Shown: positions 58,514-64,000 of the stretch, piece by piece
Position numbering within the stretch: the first letter of the stretch is position 1
How the letters are laid out: the number at the start of each line of letters is the position of its first letter
Assembly (NCBI GenBank): GCA_964617475.1
Contig: CAZTYM010000007.1
Span: forward strand, 9,523 to 73,522
Direction of reading: 5' to 3'
Source: an uncultured Thiotrichales bacterium
GTDB taxonomy: Bacteria > Pseudomonadota > Gammaproteobacteria > GCA-2400775
DNA: 64,000 nt
Notes under the pieces: generated by a model
The model's database searches: none
Told to the model about the DNA's origin: nothing
What the model saw: only the letters and a program-made list of their open reading frames with translations
Program-made: the position numbers and the translations under genes

Positions 58514-59578
58514 ATGGCATTAATATCACTGCGTCAGCTGTTGGATCATGCTGCGGAAAATGGTTATGGCGTACCCGCCTATAACGCGAACAATATGGAA
58601 CAAGTACACTCGATTATGCAAGCGGCTGCCGAAGTGGATAGCCCAGTCATTATTCAGGCGTCAGCCGGTGCACGCTCTTATGCGGGCGCACCTTTCTTTC
58701 GTCATATGATGGATGCTGCGGTTGAGCAGTGGCCAGATATCCCTGTCTGCGTTCATCAAGATCATGGTGCGTCGCCTGATGTTTGTGCACGTTCTATTCA
58801 GTCAGGCTTTTCATCTGTGATGATGGATGGCTCATTGATGTCTGATATGAAAACGCCATCGAGCTATGAATATAACTGTGACGTAACCAAGCGTACTTCT
58901 GATATGGCACACGCTGTGGGTGTTTCAGTTGAAGGTGAGTTGGGTTGCCTCGGTTCACTAGAAAGCGGTATGGCAGGTGAAGAAGATGGTTCTGGTGCAG
59001 AAGGTGTGTTATCACACGATCAATTGCTGACTGATCCTGACGAAGCGGCTGACTTTGTTAAGCAAACCGCAGTAGATGCGCTAGCGATTGCTATTGGTAC
59101 TAGTCATGGTGCTTATAAATTTACTCGTCCACCTACCGGTGACATCTTGGCGATCGACCGCATTAAAGAAATTCATGCGCGTATCCCAGATACTCACTTG
59201 GTTATGCATGGTTCTTCTTCGGTACCACAAGACTGGTTAGCGATCATCCACGAATTCGGTGGCGATATTGGCGAAACCTATGGTGTGCCCGTTGAAGAAA
59301 TTCAAGAAGGTATTAAACACGGCGTGCGTAAAGTGAATATCGACACAGACCTGCGTTTGGCAAGTACTGGTGCTATCCGTAAGCACTTAGCAGAAAATCC
59401 AAAGAACTTTGACCCACGTAAGTTCTTGAAAGCTTCAACGGAAGCGATGAAAGACGTTTGTCGTCAACGTTATGAAGCATTCGGTTGTGCCGGCCAAGCT
59501 TCAAAGATTAAGCCGATTAATCTTGAAGACATGGTGGCGCGTTATGAGAGTGGTGAATTGGATCCACGAGTCACCTAG
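58514..59578 (+). CDS. fba: Class II fructose-bisphosphate aldolase (Calvin-cycle / FbaA subtype, about 354 aa)
   Basis: The ATG at 58514 gives [24 protein letters not shown]. Other motifs are [16 protein letters not shown] and LVMHGSS. Confidence 0.95.
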   Translation: MALISLRQLLDHAAENGYGVPAYNANNMEQVHSIMQAAAEVDSPVIIQASAGARSYAGAPFFRHMMDAAVEQWPDIPVCVHQDHGASPDVCARSIQSGFSSVMMDGSLMSDMKTPSSYEYNCDVTKRTSDMAHAVGVSVEGELGCLGSLESGMAGEEDGSGAEGVLSHDQLLTDPDEAADFVKQTAVDALAIAIGTSHGAYKFTRPPTGDILAIDRIKEIHARIPDTHLVMHGSSSVPQDWLAIIHEFGGDIGETYGVPVEEIQEGIKHGVRKVNIDTDLRLASTGAIRKHLAENPKNFDPRKFLKASTEAMKDVCRQRYEAFGCAGQASKIKPINLEDMVARYESGELDPRVT

Positions 59579-59600
59579 TGGTTGTCTGGTATCTAAAGAA

Positions 59601-59628
59601 AAAGGGCGGGTTTACCGCCCTTTTTTTG
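59601..59628. terminator. Bidirectional Rho-independent terminator shared by fba (+) and ugd (-)
   Basis: The stem GGGCGG (59604-59609) / CCGCCC (59615-59620) has a 5-nt loop. It is flanked by an upstream A-run and a T7 run (59621-59627). Confidence 0.85.
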
Positions 59629-59651
59629 TGCTTTGAAATAATGATGAAAAA

Positions 59652-60980
59652 CTAATTTTTGCCGCGACCAATGGCGTAGTATTCGATACCTAGGCTTTCC
59701 ATCATCGCAGGGTCGTAAAGGTTGCGGCCGTCAAAAATTAGTGGCGATTGCAAAGACTGTTTTATTTGATCAAAGTCGGGGCTTCTAAAGACCGTCCACT
59801 CGGTTACGATAAGTAATGCGTTAGCACCACTGAGCGTATCGCCGGGAGAATCACATAAAGTTAATCCATTTTGGTCGCCATAGATGCGTTGACATTCTTC
59901 CATCGCTACCGGGTCGAAGGCTTGCACCTTGGCACCAGCCTGCCATAAAGCTTCCATCAAAGTGCGACTGGGTGCCGCCCGCATATCATCGGTATTCGGT
60001 TTAAAGGCCAAGCCCCATAGTGCAAAGGTTTTGCCGTTTAAATCACCATTAAAGCGGGTATGTAACTTTTCAAACAGGCGCTGTTTTTGGCGATCATTGA
60101 CTGATTCTACGGCGTTCAACAACTCGGCATCGTAGTCGTTTTCGCTTGCTGTCCGTGTTAAAGCAGTAACATCTTTAGGGAAGCATGAACCACCGTAACC
60201 GCAACCTGGGTAAATAAAATGATACCCGATACGAGGGTCTGAGCCGATGCCGACACGCACTTTCTCAATGTCTGCGCCTAATCGTTCGGCAAGATTAGAA
60301 AGTTCATTCATAAAGCTGATTTTGGTTGCCAACATGGCGTTGGCCGCATATTTGGTTAGTTCGGCTGAACGAATATCCATCACCACCAGGCGGTCGGTTT
60401 GACGGTTAAACGGTGCGTATAATGCGCGTAGTAATTCTGTTGTGCGAGGATTATCAGTGCCGACGACGATACGATCTGGTTTCATAAAATCGTCTAATGC
60501 AGCACCCTCTTTTAAGAACTCTGGGTTTGAGACGATGTCGAATTCGATGTCTGCACCGCGTCCTTCGAGAGTAGATTTTAGTTTGTTGCGTACTTTATCT
60601 GCGGTGCCTACTGGAACAGTGGATTTATTAATAACTACTCGATAGTCTTCCATGTTCTCGCCGATACTTTGAGTAACGGCTAACACGTATTGTAGATCTG
60701 CTGAACCATCTTCGTCAGGTGGTGTGCCAACGGCGATAAATTGAAATAAGCCGTGGTCAACGCCTTCTTTCACATCGGTGGTAAAACGCAGGCGACCGGC
60801 TTTGACGTTGGCAGCAATCATGTCATCCAGACCAGGCTCGTAAATGGGTACCTCGCCAGCGTTGAGCATATCGATTTTTCGTTGGTCGATATCGACGCAG
60901 ATAACGTCGTTCCCCACTTGAGCGAGACAGGTTCCAGTTACTAGGCCAACGTAACCGCTACCAAAAATAGTCAACTTCAT
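59652..60980 (-). CDS. ugd: UDP-glucose 6-dehydrogenase
   Basis: 442 aa. It has the N-terminal Rossmann [16 protein letters not shown] and the catalytic region GGSCFPKD. Confidence 0.93.
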   Translation of the reverse strand: MKLTIFGSGYVGLVTGTCLAQVGNDVICVDIDQRKIDMLNAGEVPIYEPGLDDMIAANVKAGRLRFTTDVKEGVDHGLFQFIAVGTPPDEDGSADLQYVLAVTQSIGENMEDYRVVINKSTVPVGTADKVRNKLKSTLEGRGADIEFDIVSNPEFLKEGAALDDFMKPDRIVVGTDNPRTTELLRALYAPFNRQTDRLVVMDIRSAELTKYAANAMLATKISFMNELSNLAERLGADIEKVRVGIGSDPRIGYHFIYPGCGYGGSCFPKDVTALTRTASENDYDAELLNAVESVNDRQKQRLFEKLHTRFNGDLNGKTFALWGLAFKPNTDDMRAAPSRTLMEALWQAGAKVQAFDPVAMEECQRIYGDQNGLTLCDSPGDTLSGANALLIVTEWTVFRSPDFDQIKQSLQSPLIFDGRNLYDPAMMESLGIEYYAIGRGKN

Positions 60981-61210
60981 TATTAAAAAGCTCCTGGTGT
61001 CACAATTTCAGATATGCGAATTTTTAAGCTAAGTTCATATTGTTTTATATGAGCTACTAATCTAGTGTAAGTGGTAAGCTTATCGGCATTATAACCGCAG
61101 AAATTTAAAGTTTTATTATTTGGGTTTTACTTCAAACTTAAGACTAGATTGTACGTTTCCGATAGCGTTATGCGAAGAAGATAAGATTCACAGCTTTTCC
61201 CAGGGGTTAA

Positions 61211-63271
61211 ATGGAAATTATTAAAGATGGCGTTTGCTTGATTCTCACAGTGGTTTATTTCGCCGCTGCGGTTTTCTTGCTGCTTAGATGGAAAGGGCAA
61301 CTTGATCGTGGGCTGCTTATTTTTGCCTCATTTTTCACCTCATTATGGTTATTCTCCCTTTTTCTGTTTGATGAACCAAACACAAGAATCGTATCTAAAT
61401 TTTTACATCTTTCGCATATGTTTTTATGGCTTGGTCTATTGCTTAGACTGCTTCATGCCAAACATAGGAGTTACAACCAACGAGTTTTTGTTATTGGTGT
61501 GATTTTTCTGGCTGTTTGTGCGGCCAGTATGATTGGTATATTTAGCCTCTTACAGGACAGCGAAGAACAATTTTTGGGGTTAGTCGCGGCAACACATAAG
61601 CTGTTTCCCTCTGTTTTAATATTCATTTCACTGGCTGGTTTATACGTAGTTTGGCGCGTAAATAGGCTGCGTAACCTGGAGCGTCGCGCTAATGTTCGCG
61701 TAATTTGCCTGATGGTGAGCTTTATACTTGCCTACAATTTTATCTATGGCGCTCAAATTATTATTACGGGTTTATCACCTCAATGGCATTCGCTGTTACT
61801 GCTTGCTCTTTATAGTATGAGTGCGATTTTACTCGTTAAATCTACGTTGCAACGCAATCAGCGATGGGTTGAAAACGTTTATATTTCACGTGATGCCGTT
61901 ATGTATATCGCTGGCATGGCGATGGTTGCGATGGTGGCCTACAGCTTGATGATGTTCTTTCGCGGTATCGATGGCGGTGGCCGTCTAGATTATGCATTTG
62001 CGTATCTATTAATCGCGGTTTTTTGCGCTGCCATCTTAGTTGCTTTTTTTTCAACTCGCGCGCGAGCGCATACGCATGTATTTTTAAGTAAACATTTTTT
62101 TAATTATCGCTATGATTACCGTGAGGAATGGTTGCGGTTGATACGGACCTTGTCTAAGGGTGGTGCCGGCGCGCACATGCTGGAACGCGTAATTCAATCC
62201 ATCGCCCAAATTGTTGGTAGCAGAGGTGGGATGTTATGGGTTAATCGACATGGAGAAACTTATGATCCTGTGGCACGTTGGGGTGAATTTACTAATGTCG
62301 AACAATCAGAGCTATCTGACGGTGGCTTGGTTAGGTTTTTAGAAGAGCGTCAGTGGGTAATTGAACGTAACGAATATATCCATGAACCGGAATTGTATGA
62401 AGGATTGGAGCTGCCTGAGTGGATATTGAAATCGGACCAAATATGGTTGATTGTCCCTTTGATGCAGGACGTGCGACTTCTCGGTTTTGTTGCTTTACCG
62501 CAGTCTTCGGTTAGGAGATCGATTAACTGGGAAGATCGAGATTTGATAAAAACCGCTGGCAGACAAGCTGCGACTCATATTGCTCAAATGTTGGCAACCC
62601 AGGCATTAATGGAATCACGCGAATTTGATGCCTTTAATCGATTATCCGCTTTCGTGGTTCATGATATTAAAAACGTTGTTGGGCAATTGGCTTTAATCAC
62701 TAATAACGCGCAGAAGCATCGTGATAACCCGGAATTCGTTGACGATGTATTTACTACTGTAGAAAGCGCTTCACGCCGAGGAGAACGCTTGCTCGCGCAA
62801 TTGCGGGACCGATCGCCACGTGCAGCCGTACAGACAAAAGTCGATTTAATAGAGTTGCTGCGAGAAGTGATATCAGAACGTTCCGCATACCTGCCAAAAC
62901 CTGATCTCATGCTACAAAAGAACGCAGTTACGGTGATGGCAGATGCGAAGCAATTAAAGGAAGTGATAAGCCATCTGGTCGAAAATGCTCAGCAGGCCAC
63001 TGACAAGTCAGGTAGCGTAGAATTAAAACTAGATTCGGCGAACCACTATGCAGTTATCGATGTGGTTGATAATGGTTGTGGTATGGATGCAGAGTTTATT
63101 CGAGAGAGACTGTTTAGGCCTTTTGATTCAACAAAAGGCAATGAGGGTATGGGTATTGGTGTGTACCAGAGTAGGGAGATCATCAGGTCACTTCGTGGTA
63201 GTTTGGATGTTGAAAGTTCGCCTGGAGAAGGAAGCAAGTTTACGCTTCGTCTGCCGATAGTAGATGAATAG
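61211..63271 (+). CDS. prsK: PEP-CTERM/exosortase-system-type sensor histidine kinase PrsK-like
   Basis: 686 aa. It has about 8 N-terminal TM segments, a GAF-like middle, H-box FVVHDIKNV, and an HATPase (DNGCGMD, GMGIGVYQSREI). It is followed by a PrsR-like NtrC-family regulator. This size and architecture are as I recall for the PrsK family. Confidence 0.7.
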   Translation: MEIIKDGVCLILTVVYFAAAVFLLLRWKGQLDRGLLIFASFFTSLWLFSLFLFDEPNTRIVSKFLHLSHMFLWLGLLLRLLHAKHRSYNQRVFVIGVIFLAVCAASMIGIFSLLQDSEEQFLGLVAATHKLFPSVLIFISLAGLYVVWRVNRLRNLERRANVRVICLMVSFILAYNFIYGAQIIITGLSPQWHSLLLLALYSMSAILLVKSTLQRNQRWVENVYISRDAVMYIAGMAMVAMVAYSLMMFFRGIDGGGRLDYAFAYLLIAVFCAAILVAFFSTRARAHTHVFLSKHFFNYRYDYREEWLRLIRTLSKGGAGAHMLERVIQSIAQIVGSRGGMLWVNRHGETYDPVARWGEFTNVEQSELSDGGLVRFLEERQWVIERNEYIHEPELYEGLELPEWILKSDQIWLIVPLMQDVRLLGFVALPQSSVRRSINWEDRDLIKTAGRQAATHIAQMLATQALMESREFDAFNRLSAFVVHDIKNVVGQLALITNNAQKHRDNPEFVDDVFTTVESASRRGERLLAQLRDRSPRAAVQTKVDLIELLREVISERSAYLPKPDLMLQKNAVTVMADAKQLKEVISHLVENAQQATDKSGSVELKLDSANHYAVIDVVDNGCGMDAEFIRERLFRPFDSTKGNEGMGIGVYQSREIIRSLRGSLDVESSPGEGSKFTLRLPIVDE

Positions 63272-63294
63272 TTTGATTTTAGGTGGGGGTTTGT

Positions 63295-64000
63295 GTGGCG
63301 GCTGTTAAGCAACATGTTTTAATTGTGGACGACGAAGAGGGCATTCAAAAGCAGCTTCGTTGGAGCCTAGATGAGTATGATCTTGTTTTTGCAGCGAGCC
63401 GCGAAGAAGCCCTTGCCCAACTCAGACGCTACGAACCCAGAGTGGTGACTTTGGATTTAGGTTTGCCTCCTGATGCGGCAGGTGCCACGGAAGGAATACT
63501 GGCCCTTGAAGAAATTTTAGCGTTAGCCCCACATACGAAAGTGATAGTCGTTACCGGTAATGACGATAGGGAAAACGCGCTTGCATGTGTGAGCAAAGGC
63601 GCCTATGACTTTTATCAAAAGCCAATCGATCCTGAACTCTTGTCGATGATGGTGGCAAGAGCTTTTCATATCTCTGACCTGGAGTCTGAGAACAGAAAAC
63701 TGATACAAAAGCATAATGCGATGCGCCTCCCTGGTGTGATCGGTTCAAGTCCGTCGATGACAAAAGTGTGTCGAGATATTGAGAAAATAGCGAAGGCAAA
63801 CGTGACGACACTAATGCTGGGTGAAAGCGGCACCGGTAAGGAAGTGATCACGCGTGCTTTACACGAAATTAGCGATAGAGCTAATCAGCGCTTTGTCGCT
63901 ATCAATTGCGCCGCAATACCGGAGACATTGCTAGAGAGCGAACTGTTCGGATACGAAAAGGGCGCGTTTACCGGGGCAAATAAGCAAACCATTGGCCGCA
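63295..64000 (+). CDS. prsR: Sigma-54-dependent response regulator PrsR-like (3' end outside the window)
   Basis: The frame is open from a GTG at 63295, with AGGTGGGGG upstream, to the window end. The receiver is [17 protein letters not shown]...[10 protein letters not shown]...[11 protein letters not shown]. The AAA+ domain has Walker A GESGTGKE and [13 protein letters not shown]. It is not in the ORF track because no stop lies within the window. Confidence 0.8.
   Translation, partial: MAAVKQHVLIVDDEEGIQKQLRWSLDEYDLVFAASREEALAQLRRYEPRVVTLDLGLPPDAAGATEGILALEEILALAPHTKVIVVTGNDDRENALACVSKGAYDFYQKPIDPELLSMMVARAFHISDLESENRKLIQKHNAMRLPGVIGSSPSMTKVCRDIEKIAKANVTTLMLGESGTGKEVITRALHEISDRANQRFVAINCAAIPETLLESELFGYEKGAFTGANKQTIGR

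Overview
This 64-kb window is a densely coding stretch of a gammaproteobacterial chromosome with about 60 genes and one tRNA. I saw no rRNA, CRISPR array, transposase, integrase or phage genes. All calls come from reading the supplied translations for family-specific motifs and from gene order; no searches or computations were run, so family names are recalled, not verified. Several blocks follow Pseudomonas gene order. These are murJ-ribF-ileS-lspA-ispH next to the minor-pilin operon fimU-pilVWXY1E and thiO; pilU...pyrC'-pyrB-pyrR-ruvX-algH-tonB-gshB next to a pilG-led chemosensory locus; and metK / tkt-gap-pgk-pyk-fba. Other content is typA, an SSS symporter, ampDE, pntAA-AB-B, an ECF sigma/anti-sigma pair, rsmE, metF-ahcY-metK, ugd and prsK/prsR at the right edge. 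Six regions deserve a second look. (1) The Pil-Chp-type chemosensory locus (40.2-47.9 kb) has no pilH and no cheR-type pilK. Its PilJ-like receptor has only a relic of the MCP signalling tip, and its CheB-like protein appears to lack two of three catalytic residues. (2) A four-gene arsS-arsM plus two glycosyltransferase cluster of the arsenosugar-biosynthesis type sits at 22.7-26.1 kb. (3) A cobalamin-riboswitch-controlled btuB-pduO operon ends in an uncharacterised ketopantoate-reductase-like oxidoreductase. (4) An apbE / NusG-domain-II / Gx-transporter module is inserted between gshB and tonB. (5) A dispersed intergenic repeat family shares a 17-nt core, and one copy carries a 46-codon ORF. 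(6) Three convergent gene pairs have overlapping stop codons. Start codons are often ambiguous, and alternatives are given in the evidence fields.
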